This document shows positions 25,601 through 40,710 of a stretch of DNA of 64,000 bases, piece after piece (positions within the stretch are counted from its first letter, which is position 1; each line of letters begins with the position of its first letter). The stretch is taken from the NCBI GenBank assembly GCA_951406725.2, contig OX597814.1, positions 58,962,001 through 59,026,000 on the forward strand, in the 5' to 3' direction. The notes under the pieces are model-generated. The model had not been told where the DNA came from and made no database searches. It saw nothing but the letters and a program-made list of their open reading frames with translations. This stretch comes from Octopus vulgaris (lineage: Eukaryota). A program made the translations under genes and the position numbers.

Positions 25601-27565
25601 TATATATATATATATATATGTGTGTGTGGGGGTGTGTGCTTATAAACATGTGTGTATGTGTGTGTGTACTGGTATAACCCGATCTAAGGAAAGATTGTTG
25701 TTAAATTAATAAGAATTCATTGAGATGTGCATAATGTTTAAAGAATCTGTACCTCATTTCCTATTATTCGTTTTAAAGAAATAATCGTATATGTTAACCA
25801 AACAATTTTCAGTACCCCACAGGAGTATTCGTTATGTGTGTTCGTCAACTCTGTCCCTAAACTAACGAAATCCTTCTTCAAATTACTTAGAAATTTCTTA
25901 CGTCTACATCATAGATTTAATGAAACATTTATTAGCATCACATGTAAAATTGATTATTGGAGCACACTAAAATTTAGCCAATCGATGCTTCACCAGAAAG
26001 GCACCAGCTTTTCACAGAACAGTTTAAACTGCAGTTGTATTCTTATGGGTAATAAAAATTCCAATTGGATCATCCTCATACTTGTTCCATAGAAACTAAG
26101 TGATTAGCCCTTGATGTAGTTCACCAATGTAACATAAAATCTATCAACACTTCGCATAATACTATTTTCATCACTCAAACCATTTGTATTTATGAATTAA
26201 AATTTTCGTCGTAATTTCAGGAATTCAAAAGAATGAATGAATAATTTGTACTCTAGCTTATGCGGGATATGAAAATAGAAATTTATCATACAGGTTAAAA
26301 CTGAAAAAATACAGAATCATATTGTGGAATATATATATGCACAAATGACACGGTTGTTTACGAATAGTATAGGAATTAGTCATAAAGTACCCTAAGGAAC
26401 GCATTTCAAATATAAGAATATTACGTCCTTAATGCAAAAAATATAAACCGTTTATTTTCACTCTACGATATAACGTATCCTTTTCGGTAACACTGCAGTT
26501 TTATTGCAAGAAATTACAATTAGAATTTTAAAAGTTTTCTAGACCTAATTCTAATCGTTTCCTACTTTCTGCAACTATCCCATAAATGTTATTAATTGTA
26601 TTTAGATATTTTACACAGCATGTTTTTTTTATCTAATAACTACAAGGGATATGATGTATTTAAAATTCCTTGTCAAGCAATCGTATTTATTGTTTTACTA
26701 GGTTAGCATGTTGCCGTAGCTATTCTCCAAAATTACATAACGCCATAGTAATTGTTAACCTACAACTTAAATTAAAATAATCCTGATTTTTTTTAATGTA
26801 ATAACTTCAGGAAACTTCCTTGAGATTTTATGGATAAAGAGTTCCGAAATAGTTATTACACTTGCTTCTACGCTTAAAAATCATCATAATTAACTTTCTT
26901 AACTAATTCCTACATCATCATCATTTCATCTGTCTCACATCATCATTTACTTTAGCGCAATTCAAGTTGCAGTTAAACTTCTTATACATAACATCTTTAC
27001 TCGGTATCTACCTTGCCGTTCGTCTCTACAAGGACGATAAAATGCTTCACCTGTAGCAAAATTTTAAATCATACTTATTCCTAGTGTTTCATATTGTCAT
27101 ACACACCTAACTTTAAAGCAAACATACTATACATTGTGTGGAATTTAATTCTGATTTAATTTAAAATTTTCCTTTCACAAAACTCTATTCATTCCTTTCT
27201 CTAAAATGTATCTTCATAAAATACTAATCCTTTTACTGCTCACTTTATTATATAATTTATTGTTTTTGATATTTATATTATGCAACCAGAATGTTATACT
27301 TCAATATGTTATAGATATACACCTATCTGTATATGTAATACTAAAATCATATTAAGCAATAGTTCACCTGATTTGAATGTACTAAACAATAAAATAACCT
27401 ACATTTTACTTTCATCCTATCGAGAACAATTATATATATATATATGCATACATATAGGATATACGATATAAGTGTGTGCGTGCGTGCGTGTATGTATTCT
27501 GTCAACCAGTGAACTCTGAGAAATGAACTATTATGTTCGTTTCTTTTGTATTCCTGATATTCGGT

Positions 27566-27608
<43 letters not shown>

Positions 27609-28140
27609 CTCTCTCTCTCTATCTCTCTCTCTCTCTCTCGCTTTTCACCGATGCATTTTTCTTATTTTAATTTTCTTTTCACTGTGTCTCTTTGTCTCTT
27701 TTCACCTCATCTATTCTCTTATTTTTATTTTTTTTCTCTCTAGCATCAATTTTATTCCATATATTTATCCGCTCTCTTATTTTTATATTGCTTCTTTTCC
27801 ACAGTTTAAAATATCTAAATTGCCAACGGTAACTTTCTCTCTCCTATCTATCAAGCGTTTTCTCCGTGTTCTTTTTCTGGTTCTTTCCGAACAATAACTT
27901 CCGTTTCTATGAACCAATTTCAGCAGCGTCAATTGAAGTCCAACTATTACAAAATTTATTTATGTAGGAACCTAGAAAGACTAGCTTTGCACTAAATGTC
28001 TTTAAGCTCCCATTCATCATTTTCGTTAAAAAAAATTAAGTATCACTATTAACTTTGGAATATCCTAAGCTTCTAAAATGTCTGCTATGTGAAGCGAAGT
28101 GTGCTAATACTTGCTTTGCACACATAAATACGTCATACAA

Positions 28141-28181
<41 letters not shown>

Positions 28182-28226
28182 TATATGTAAATATATATAT
28201 ATATATATGTATATATAGATGTATAT

Positions 28227-28330
<104 letters not shown>

Positions 28331-28622
28331 CTAGGGATGAGTATTAATAGGAGTGTATGAATAGCGTATGATCATTAGGAAACGTAATATACTGCAGGAA
28401 GAATATATAATCCATTATAATACAGGCATATTATTTTTTCTATTCTATATTCCATTGATTCAAAAGAATATTTTACCGTGCTCTTCATGCATATGTAAAA
28501 CTATTATTTAAAATATCAAGTCTTTTAAAACTTCTATACATGCAGCCGCACACCTACCTACCGACTTACAGACACATACACACACCGATACACAAGTAAA
28601 TAAATTGACAGATAAATAAATG

Positions 28623-28699
28623 GATAGCGAGATAGATAGGTAGGTAGGTAGGTAGATAGATAGATAGATATATAGATAGATAGATAGATAGATAGATAT

Positions 28700-28731
<32 letters not shown>

Positions 28732-28736
28732 GTAGG

Positions 28737-28795
<59 letters not shown>

Positions 28796-28800
28796 GTAGG

Positions 28801-28866
<66 letters not shown>
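28623..28866. repeat. (GATA)n/(GGTA)n tetranucleotide microsatellite
   Basis: Read directly from the sequence. Confidence 0.95.
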
Positions 28867-30602
28867 TGTGTGCGTAAAGTGAATTTACAAGCCATATAAT
28901 AAGTTTGAAAGAAACTTTGACCGATTATCAAAAAGATGCACAAGAATATATTGAATTTGTGTGTGTGCGTATGTGTGTTTATGTGTGTGTATGTGTGTAT
29001 ACGTGCTTCTACTAGTTTTTACTGGTGCTTAGCAATGTTTTACTGTATACCTTAAGGTTATTGAAATGTCTATTTTTCTTCTTTCATCTATTAAGTCAAA
29101 CGTGTGTGTATAGTTCCTCTCATGCGCTATACGTTTGCTTAAATCTGTAATGTATCTCCGCATTTAGAATATATAAATGAACTTCAATTAGAATATATAT
29201 AATGAACTTCATAACTTAGTATTATCACTTAAATTATATAATTCAGAGTTTTCCACGTTATCAAATTCTAATACTATCTATGTAATTAATTTGGCAACAA
29301 ACGTAATAGTTGTTTGTTTATGATATAGTTAATATTGTGTAAATACCTTGCTACATTTATTTAGTCGTGAAAGAAAATTGATTCAGGTTTTATTTAAGCA
29401 TAAATTAACTACTATCTAATAGTAATGGTAGCATTCAAAGGTGCAGAACAAACGAAAATCAGTGCTGATGACAGCGTAACCAAATGAAAGTTATTGATGT
29501 CGTATGCCAAATAATTAAAATGTTTCAACCGAGAATTTACTTAATATCCAAATGTTGCATTGACGGGTGCTGACCGCTTGCTCTATGATATCAGCAAGCA
29601 ATGCATTTGCAATTTTGTTGTATCGCACGTATAAAATATCATATAGTTAAAGAGATAATTTCTAGGAAATGTAAATCATTTAACAGGAATGAGATCACTA
29701 CAATTGTACACCACCGACATAACAGTTTCATATTCGTTATAAAGTAGTATTAGGAAACCTGGTAACATCTTATTTGAAACTACAAAATACGTTTGGAGAA
29801 TTCAGGAACATCACATAAAATAATACACTTATAAATTGTCTCTTTCTCTGTAATACATTGATGTAAGATATAGTACTTGAACTTATATTATTATAATCAT
29901 TAATTGTAGAACACTGTAACGTGTTGTGTTCTTTTATATTTATCTTCAGAATATGTTTAACTGTAGTTAACTGTAGCTCAGTTCGGTGGGAATAAGTTAA
30001 GAGTTGTATTTGGAAACTTTCTCACATGTAAAATTCAGATCGAATTAGGAGTGTATGTCACTATCCAAAACTTGATTGAATTAAATTATTTCAATTTTCT
30101 TTCCCATTATCACATAATTGCTTCAACAGATTATTTGACATTTCCCCATCCATATTCGGAATTTTCTTTCTTGTATTCCATTTTTTCAGCCACTAAAACT
30201 CGTAAACAGAATGACGCATGTTTTTCCGAAAGTATGGATTCAAAACATGGTTGTTTACGCTTGATAAGTTTTTTCTAATTATATTTTGTGAAGATTGATT
30301 TTTCTAGATGAAAAGTATATAACAGAATTACATGGAACAAAACTAGAAACTTTCTCTATATTTTCCATAGGTATTCAATCACCACTACTTTCCATTCATA
30401 TTTGAAACGATGAAATCAACAGAATAGTATATTTGTTAACAGTCTAGAGAAAATAGACATATGAATGAATATCGATTTTTAATTTGTTGTTACTCATCTA
30501 CATTCTTGTTGTTTGGCTCTAGATTGGCCTGTTTAATTCGTTAAAAATGGAGCCAAAGCTCTTTTTTTAGATATATCTATCACTATATATTTAGATGTGT
30601 TT

Positions 30603-30820
30603 AATATTGATTTCACATTTTGGGACAAGGCCAGCAAATTTGGATGTGGTGTTAAATCGATTATATGGACCCCAGTGTTCAACTGGTACTATTTTATCAT
30701 TCCTCAAATGATGAAAGGCAACTTTCACCTCAGTAGAATTTGAACTTCGATCGTAGAGACGGACGAAATGCAATTACGCATTTTATCGTGCGTGCTAACG
30801 ATCCTGCCAGATCGCAGTCT
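30603..30820 (-). mobile_element. SINE family B
   Basis: Reverse complement of the family B core (gatgaaaggcaa...gaatttgaact...gtgctaacgat.ctgccag). Confidence 0.85.
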
Positions 30821-31097
30821 TAAATATATTTACTATTGGGGGTAATTCAAATAGATTTGCATGATTTTTCTTTGTCGTTAACGAAAACATCTAACACCTC
30901 CGGCGTATATTATTCAGTGAAAAAATAGAAATTTAGCAATGCTAAAGAAAAGTTCATAATTGCTTACATTTTACAGATATCATTATTCCAATTGATTGGA
31001 GAATATCCAACTGCCAATTAACTTATTGTTTTCGCATTTAATTCATCACATCCAGAAATATGTGAAATGCATTAAAAAAATTATCCATTTATTAACA

Positions 31098-31302
31098 TTG
31101 GAGGCAGAAAGCCTCTAATTTTGGGGGTGGTGACTAGTCGATTTATATCACCCAATTTTTTTTATTAGTACTTAATTTATCGACCCTGAATTGATGAAAC
31201 GCAATGTTGACTATGGCGGAATTTAAATTCAGAACATAGCGACGGGCGAAATACCGCAAACATTTCGTTCAGCTGGCTAACTATTCTGCCAGCTCGCCGC
31301 TT
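31098..31302 (-). mobile_element. SINE family B
   Basis: gtacttaatttatcgaccc...ggcggaattt...ctgccagctcgccgc. Confidence 0.85.
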
Positions 31303-31711
31303 TTAAAAATTCATTAATAATGGCTTTCTTTCCACTCATTTTTCGTTCTATGGCGCTTTTTGCCGCATTACTTACTTTCAGTAATATAGAGAAGTTCAAG
31401 TTTCAAATAAACAATCATATGTCGATGTATTTCTGAAACGTTTTGCTTACACAACGGCTTGTTTTTAACTCTATTCCATAATAGGCACCATGAAACTCAC
31501 ATTTGCTATTCACCAAAGGCTAGATCATGTATTCTGCTCTTTATATGCGTACGCTTTCATTATACCATGAATATACTTATGTTAATGTGTATGTGCGTTA
31601 GTCAGTGCGTATATCCATACATGTATGAATTCGGTTCGTGCTTGTGCAATCACCTATCTCTCTGAACTTTTATTTACATATATGTATTGGCGCGCGTGTA
31701 TATATATGTGT

Positions 31712-31765
<54 letters not shown>

Positions 31766-32428
31766 ATGTCTGTACACAAAGAATGAATAAGAGAGAGCAA
31801 GTGAAAGACAGAGAGATAGAGAGAAAGAGATTGAGTGGGGAAGCGAAATATTCAGACACGTATGTGTAACTACGCGAAAGACGGAAAGAAAAGATCATGA
31901 AACAATTATTTGACAATTTATGTATGTGTGCGGGCGTGTGTATGCGCATGTACATACGTACATATACGTAGGTAGAGAGCTATATCTACTGAGAGAGTTG
32001 ATATATCTATAATAGTAAGTAAAAATGTGGAAATAGAAAGAGATCGCAAGGGTAGAATAGGAAAAGAGAAAGAAATTCATTTGGGTTTTCATTCCTTCTA
32101 ACCATATTCTTAATAGTTAAAATGTAGCTACAATTAATGATGTGTGAGGAACACTTAAATATATTGTTATGGCCTAAATAAGTTGTTCTTTTATTTCAGT
32201 ATCTATAAAAACACTTCGTTTCAATAAGACATTTCGAAAAGAAAATTAACGCAAACAAGTAGAAAAACACGATAATGTATGTCTACCTTGTAAGTATACT
32301 CCTCTCTAAGTAACTATCCATACTCATGCAAACACACAAACTCATATATAGGGAAGTATATCGATATGTATGCGTATTGTGCATCTATATATACATCTAT
32401 ACAGCATTCTATATATATAATATATATG

Positions 32429-32470
<42 letters not shown>

Positions 32471-32472
32471 TG

Positions 32473-32543
<71 letters not shown>

Positions 32544-32555
32544 AACACACACACA

Positions 32556-32633
<78 letters not shown>

Positions 32634-33245
32634 CATTTGGCAATATTTTACCAAAAACGAGATTGATAATTATCACTAAATGTTGTTAAGAAACACCTAC
32701 TTAAATCTTTTTTGTGACTAAACCATCAATAAACCATCCATTATGGATGACGAAAAACATTTAAACTAATAGAGAAGCAAGCCGGACAAAGCTGAGATGA
32801 AGAGGGATTAACTGACGAGGCAACGGAAATTTGCGAAACTGACGTCAGTATTGAAAATTCTCCATCGGCAGCTTTCGGAAGATTTAGGTCTCTGTTAGTG
32901 GATATGTTTTCATTTATATTTTCAATTATTTAACTACAACTTTAGAGCACTTTCGCTCGTATTAGAGTAATACCCTCGTGACAGTTATACATATATATTA
33001 ATAAAGATCAGGAGAACGGTGATATACGCATCTAAGTTTTATCATACAGTTAATCACATCGTTTTTCGTCACAACCTACGCGCAATTCTCCTGCAGCCAC
33101 AACACACTTATCAGTGTTCCTCTTGGTGTTAACTACATCTGCAACTTGAGAAGAACAATGTGATTAACTGTGTAATATAGACTCGCACGAGCAAATCTCC
33201 GTTCTCCTGATTTTTATGAATTCCACTTTTTTATCTCTATGGAAA

Positions 33246-33446
33246 TTAGCAGTCCTAATTAGAACATTTGGATTTACCAAGTGAGGATTAACGGAGTACA
33301 GTAAATTATAAGTAACTTGAGTTTCAACATTCACTGTGGCTTGACTGCAATGACGGCCGATACGAACAAATGCGATATCCGCTAAGATTAGGATTATATG
33401 TCCCTCGATACCATTTTGGGAAATATTAATTTTGGAAATAACCCTC

Positions 33447-33522
<76 letters not shown>

Positions 33523-33580
33523 GACTGTACTCCATTAATCCTCACTTAGTAAATCCAAATGTCCTAATTAGGACTACTAA
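33246..33580. repeat. 65-bp inverted repeat (33246-33310 and 33516-33580) spanning a mariner-like end and (TA)n
   Basis: Arms differ at 5 positions. The spacer contains ggaaataaccctcg-TA at about 33435-33449, a mariner-type terminus. Confidence 0.75.
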
Positions 33581-33618
33581 CACACACACACACACACACA
33601 CGCACACACACACACATA

Positions 33619-33659
<41 letters not shown>

Positions 33660-34068
33660 GCATATACAGAGAGAGAAAGGAAGAAAGAGAATGAGAGAGA
33701 AAGAGGAAAAGGTATGTACGTATATGACAGTGTCCCTGCATGCACGAATAAATATACGTGTATCCTCACAAGCGGATGCGTGTGCGCATCGCCTAAACGT
33801 TTTTAGTCGTCACTATTTTTCTTAGTAAGCATAAAACTTGATGCTAGTAATTAATTTTTCTGCTCTAGTTACTTTTAATAAACTAGAATTCATATCAGGA
33901 TTTATTCATACATATATCTCCTACCGTATGTATAATCACAAATATATCAATAGAGAATACATATTCACCTATATATAAATGCAGTAGCTATTCAAGACAT
34001 TTCATCAATATTAACTATATGCAATTATATATAAATATATATATATGTGTATATATATGTATACATAC

Positions 34069-34103
<35 letters not shown>

Positions 34104-34532
34104 CATACAGACACATGCACACACACACACACACGCGCAAACGCACACACACACATACACACACACATATATATGTATATAAATTTATACGTCTGCGTTT
34201 TTGAAATTACGCATTGATTTATTTTCCATAAATATTTGCCGCAATGAATAGGTGGAGAAGAAATAAAAATCCGTTTTTTTCTCTTTATGCATTTTCAATA
34301 AGTACACATCAAAGATATGAAGTACTCCATGAAACGATAATATTTCATTACTACAACTTTAAAATTAATATTTGTTTCAGTGTATATTTCACGTCTAAGT
34401 GATTGCGAAGATAAATGCCGAATCAAATATAGCTTCTTGATTTTCTTACAAATGACTAGAAAAGTCTATATATATATATAAATATATATATATACAGACA
34501 TGCAGGCGCATATACTTGTATCTGCACGCATG

Positions 34533-34563
<31 letters not shown>

Positions 34564-34735
34564 ACACACTCACACCCAAACACACACTCTTATGTATATA
34601 AACGACCCGTCGTTATTGCTTAAAAACACAAATCTTGCGCCATCCAAGGATATAAACGTGTTTGTGTGTATGTATATATGTATGCATATATATATAAATA
34701 TATGCATATATATATATATATATATATACATATTT

Positions 34736-34803
<68 letters not shown>

Positions 34804-34810
34804 CATATTT

Positions 34811-34866
<56 letters not shown>

Positions 34867-34875
34867 CTATCTATC

Positions 34876-34935
<60 letters not shown>

Positions 34936-35203
34936 GCGTGTCTGTGTGCGTATATATTCTCTACTAATGAGTGGAAAAATCCTTTAGATTAATCCCGAAA
35001 TCGTTCGATCCGGAAATAATGAATTTAAAAAAATTCCATCAGCTTGCTTCCTCCGTTTTAACACGGCGTGCATTTATAGTGATACATATTGTATATGGTT
35101 ATTAACGCTTTAAAGTCTATTTCTCAGCATATTAGCATAGAAATGTTTCCTTTTTCCTTTATTTATAATTGCGTGTATATGTATATATATGTATAAATGT
35201 ATG

Positions 35204-35260
<57 letters not shown>

Positions 35261-36197
35261 CTCCATTTAGGCTTTATAATTTATACTTTAATGTTATATT
35301 TCTTAATGTTTCTTTAGTTGTTGTTCTAGTATTCGCCACTACGCTATCAAAGTGTTCCTCCATTCATTAGTAACACACCACCAATGAGGGATTGCTATCG
35401 CTTTGTACTTCTTTGTACCGTTTATCATCACTCAAATTTACTATCGCTCCAGTCCTCATAAGGCTGCTAATCTCTTTTTCACGCCCATATATCTTTCGCC
35501 GGTCACCATTTATCAACATTCATTACAAGATCGCTGATCACAGCAGTCGTCTTTCACGTGGTTTGTCACCTTCCCCTGCACATTACTCATTTCCCTATAA
35601 CTAATAATTTCTATTACGATCTTCCTTATTTTATTTTTTTCTTTTCTCAATTCCAGCATTTTATTATCTGCAATTCTGCACCCTTCTTATCCTTTTATTT
35701 TTCTCCTTTTCTAGTTTCTAAGTCAGTTTCTATTCAATTTCTTTATCGATATTCATCGCATATCTACCTATGATTATCTTCTCGGGGCACATTTTCTCCT
35801 TCGCTTTATCTTTCTCGTTCTCTCTCTGTCCCTCTCTTTTTCCTCTCCCAACGTCTCAATTTACTCCCGTTTTCCCAATCTTGCTCTGCTTCTCTTTCGT
35901 CGCACATTTTGTTTTATACGATGGACACGAATAAAACCATTGGTGTTTATTACAGAACAATACGAGGTAAAGTAGAGTTACAGAAAAGTCCTTAGTCTGG
36001 GAGATATCAATACAATCGCAGGAGAATATGTCCGGAATAAAATTTTCGCAGTACATCATAGAAAGAATATGTGATAGAACTGATACCAGCTACTGAAAAT
36101 TTAGCAAATATTTTGGCTCTCTTTGAATGTTTATTTCTGTGAGAGTGAGCATGTGTGTGAGCGTGCGTGTGCCTGTAAATGTGCGTGTGTATGTGTG

Positions 36198-36241
<44 letters not shown>

Positions 36242-36461
36242 TACGTGTGTAAGTATGTTTGCGTGTATGTCCGAAGCCAGGCAAGGATTTTCTGCTATAT
36301 ATATATATATATAGTAAAAAGCAATTAAGATTCAAGTCAGTTCTATTGAATTCACTTGAATGCGGTACTTAACTTAGATGCACCAGAAAACTATATGGTA
36401 TTAACCATACAATAATGTGGGGTGATTATAAACGAGAAAAAAGCAACAAGAATGGATTAGT

Positions 36462-36553
36462 TTTTCAGTACAATTGTTTCATACAAAGACAAGCTTTATT
36501 AAAAGCTGCAAATATTGCAGCAAATACAAGTGTCCCGTACTCATCAGCCAAAA
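36462..36553 (-). ncRNA. Type I hammerhead ribozyme with intact core
   Basis: UUUUGG-CUGAUGA-GUACGGGACA...UGUCUUUGUAU-GAAA-CAAUUG-UA-CUGAAA. Confidence 0.8.
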
Positions 36554-36799
36554 CACATATGAGTTCTCCAAGCATCCTAGTGGGTGAGGCTACACTCATG
36601 AAGTATTGGCGATAGTTCTATAAAAAGCAAATTTAGGTTGTAAGCAGACTTCCAAAGTTCTCAAATGATGATGCACAGTCTTATAACAGGTTTTAAAAAA
36701 GCTTGTTAGCTTCACAGAGAAGGTAAATCAGACATTGGCAGGCTTAGTAAATCTATCCTTGATACTGTTCTACCCCAAATAACCCCTTTTCTTCCCTTA

Positions 36800-38944
36800 A
36801 GTCTATGGCTAAATACCGATGAGTTATTAATATGGTTTAACTCTCTAACTAATACTAGTAGTCTGTCCTTTATTCAGTTCGATATAAATAGTTACTACTC
36901 TAGTATTTCCCCTATTTTGCTAAATAAAGCACTTATATTTGCTATGAATCGCTCCCTCATATCTAGAGAGGAAATCGACATTGTGCTATTAGCTACAAAA
37001 ACATTTATTGAATTTGAAGAAAAGTTATGGACTAGAGCAGATACACCTAATTATTTCGATATACCCATGGGTTCCAGTGATTCGGCTGAGGTGACTAACT
37101 TGGTAGGCGCGTATCTATTAAAATGCATAAGTAAGGAGATCCCGGAATTACAAGGTGGTTTATAAAGGGATGATGCTCTGTTTGTTGTCCCTAGTAATAA
37201 TAAATCTAGCATTGAAAGGATTAGAAAGAAAATTAATAAGTTCTTTAAGGATTTAAACCTTAGTATAACGTATGAACCTGGCACTAAAATAGTCAATTTC
37301 CTAGATATTACATTAGACCTTAACTCTAAGCTGCATTACCCATTTAGAAAGGAAGGTGAAATCACGAGATACGTAAATAAATTATCCAATCATCCCCCAA
37401 ATATAATTGAGTCTTTAGTCGGAAATATTTCCTTAAGAATCTCGAAATTATCATCCAATAATGATATATTTAACTCTCATTCTGAACATTATAATGCGGC
37501 GTTATCTAAGGCAGGATACAACCAAAAGATTACCTTTATTGATAAGGGGAGCTTACATATTCCTAATAAAGAAGATATCAGTAACCACGTAAACAACAAT
37601 ATAGACCACGCCCGAAATAAAAGTAGAAATAGATTTACGGTAACTGCAAATCTAGCGTACAAGCCTAATCATACAAATAAAAACATAGACCAAAGCATAG
37701 GTAACTCGGATAAAATCAAATTAGATAAATCAAAGAAGCATACAAATAATAGTAATAAATACAATGACTCTGGTGAGATTAGTAATAATCCAACTAACCC
37801 TAATTCTAGTTCAAAGAAAATTTAATAAGAAAGATATAATCTGGCTGAATATTCCTTTCAACTGGGCGATTCTATCGGATATACAAAGCAAATTCAAAGT
37901 AATTCTGGAAAAAATTTCCCAGCCTCTCATAGATATCATAGAATTATTTCTAAAAAAACAGTTAGGATTTCTTATTCAACCCTCCCAAATATGTCCACTT
38001 TAATAGCTAAGATTAATAATAATAACATTAAGCTAGCCAAGAAAGCTAAAAATAATACCAACATGAATACCAATAACAATTGTAATAATACTATCAAAAA
38101 TAAAAGCAATAAACGCAACAATAGTAACTATCAAAACACAGGTAGAATCAATAACCATGGAATAACTAATAATAATATTAATATTAATAGGAGTAATAAT
38201 GTTAATAATAGGAATAATGCTAATAGAGAAGATACTGGGAATGAAGACATCATTGATATCTATAACAACAATATACATTCGGATGCAAATACTAGCAATA
38301 ATAGTAACAATACCAATAATGTAAGTAATCATGGTAGGACTTTAGAACTAAATGATAGTGTAAAAGGATCGATAAATGATAACACTGCTTTAGATAACAA
38401 CATTAACTATAATAATAATAATAATAATAATAACGATAAATATACTCATGGTAATCAGAATAACAAGAACATGAGACATCTATCCATAAATAATCCAACA
38501 TCTGAAGATGATCCCCCTACGTGTAATTGTAGAATTAGGTAAAAATGCCCGGCACCTGGTCTGTGCGCGGTAAGTAACGTAATCTATAAATGTACCATAA
38601 CTACTAAGAATAGCAAATTTCTGTATTTAGGTTGTACTGTAAATTTTAGGAAAAGAATTAGCAATCATATCTCCTCTTTTAAGTTACGTCATAAGGCTGG
38701 TACCACCACACTTTCAAGTAAGATCTGGGAACTCAAAAATAATAATATTAAATATAACCTTAATTGGGAAATAGTTAGAAGAGCAATGCTTTATAAAAAG
38801 AACAGGGTTGGTTGCCAACTGAGCTCCATGGAGACGTATGAAATTCTAATGCATAGAAAAAATAGGAATTTTTTAAATAACCGTATAGAACTGGGTCAAT
38901 CTTGTATTCACGCAAAAATGAAGACTCTAAAATATTTTAAATAA
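36800..38944 (+). pseudogene. PLE reverse transcriptase plus GIY-YIG endonuclease with stops and frameshifts
   Basis: FDINSYYSSI, PMGSSDSAEV, GL*RDD (YRDD with a stop), FLDITLDL, YVNKLSNHPP, IIWLNIPFN, CNCRIR*KCP..LC..NVIYKC...LYLGCT..FRKRISNHISSF..LSSKIWELK. Confidence 0.93.
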
Positions 38945-39103
38945 AAACCGTATAGAATAATCGTATGGAGATAGATCTATCTTGCTTTTACTAGTAAAGC
39001 AAAACTCTAATATTTTTTAAATAGATAACTGCGAGCTCTTACACTATGGTTATTTATTTCTTTCTAACTGCACCTGATTTTGAACATAAAGAAATAAATA
39101 GTA

Positions 39104-39478
39104 GGCGCAGGAGTGGCTGTGTGGTAAGTAGCTTGCTAACCAACCACACGGTTGCGGGTTCAGTCCCACTGCGTGGCATCTTGGGCAAGTGTCTTCTGCT
39201 ATAGCCCTGGGCCGACCAATGCCTTGTGAGTGGATTTGGTAGACGGAAACTGAAAGAAGCCTGTCGTATATATGTATATATATATATGTATATGTGTGTG
39301 TGTTTGTGTGTCTGTGTTTGTCCCCCTATCATTGCTTGACAACCGATGCTGGTGTGTTTACGTCCCCGTCACTTAGCGGTTCGGCAAAAAGAGACCGATA
39401 GAATAAGTACTAAAAAGGTGGTGCTCAGCATGGCCGCAGTCAGATGACTGAAACAAGTAAAAGAGTAAAAGAGAGAGT
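39104..39478 (+). mobile_element. Full-length SINE family A inserted in the PLE 3' region
   Basis: GGCGCAGGAG-TGGCTGTGTGG (A box), GGTTCAGTCCC (B box), GTAAAAGA tail. Confidence 0.93.
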
Positions 39479-40447
39479 ATTTGTACGTTGCCTAAAAAAG
39501 TTTAATTGACTATATAGTTAATTTAATTTAATCTAATTTTAATCTAATTTAGGTAACACAACTTAAATCAAATAAGTTACTAATACTTCATAATTCTATT
39601 ATAAAGTTAAGTAATGCTACTCCCTTAAAAGTAGTATAAGAAATTTCAATATGATAAGCAATTCTCTCACACCTTGTAAATGACCTCTAGGTATAGACCT
39701 AGTCTGTCATTGTATAAACAGTATCAATAATATAAACAGTAACAATAATAAATAAATTAATTAAATGACCTCCTTCTAGTATTGCACTTATTTCTCTTAA
39801 TGTACTCTCCTCTAATGATAGCCTTTGACCCCTTTATCCCTTCCCTTGTTCTCTTTAGATTCTTATATCTGCTTTAGCTCCGTCGGATTGGCAATTAGTA
39901 GCTGTATACTGGTCAAAAATAATGTTCTCCTTTATAATTCTTAGATTCCTGCAAATTCTAAGCCAGACTGTCTGTCTCCACAGAAAGAGACTTTTCTGTG
40001 TAGGTGGGTACCTGCGACCCCTTCCCTCTCAGTTATCCCAGTATGCTCTATGTGGGCGGTTTTTCTTTTTCTTTTCTTTGCTCCACAAAATTCCTTCAGC
40101 CTTTAAAATTCTAACATAGCAGTTTTGTGAAATGAACAGAGGTGTGACAAGTATCTTATATAGCAGGAAATTATACCCACCTTATTGTGGATTAATCATG
40201 GATAGATTCATCGTCTGTGAGTATGAAATATCTCCTCATATCTCCGGTAATTTGCACCTACATTATGGATTGATTTACTTTCTCTGTGAAGCTAACAAGC
40301 TTTTTTAAAACCTGTTATAAGACTGTGCATCATCATTTGAGAACTTTGGAAGTCTGCTTACAACCTAAATTTGCTTTTTATAGAACTATCTCCGATACTT
40401 CATGAGTGTAGCTTCATCCACTAGGATGCTTGGAGAACTCATATGTG

Positions 40448-40539
40448 TTTTGGCTGATGAGTACGGGACACTTGTATTTGCTGCAATATTTGCAGCTATT
40501 AATAAAGCTTGTCTTTGTATGAAACAATTGCACTGAAAA
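40448..40539 (+). ncRNA. Type I hammerhead ribozyme with cleavage-site UA mutated to CA
   Basis: CUGAUGA at 40454-60, GAAA at 40521-24, then CAAUUG-CA. Confidence 0.75.
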
Positions 40540-40568
40540 ACTAATCCATTCTTGTTGCTGTTTTCTCG

Positions 40569-40640
<72 letters not shown>

Positions 40641-40641
40641 T

Positions 40642-40710
<69 letters not shown>

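Larger units (their letters stand above)
36432..40569 (+). mobile_element. Neptune-type PLE, 5'-truncated, bounded by inverted pLTRs (36432-36730 and 40271-40569)
   Basis: About 300-bp near-identical inverted arms, each with a hammerhead, enclosing an RT plus GIY-YIG pseudogene. Confidence 0.92.

Noticed and set aside
34960-35015. Hammerhead-like CTAATGA...CCCGAAA
   Set aside because: The core is mutated and stems I and III do not pair.
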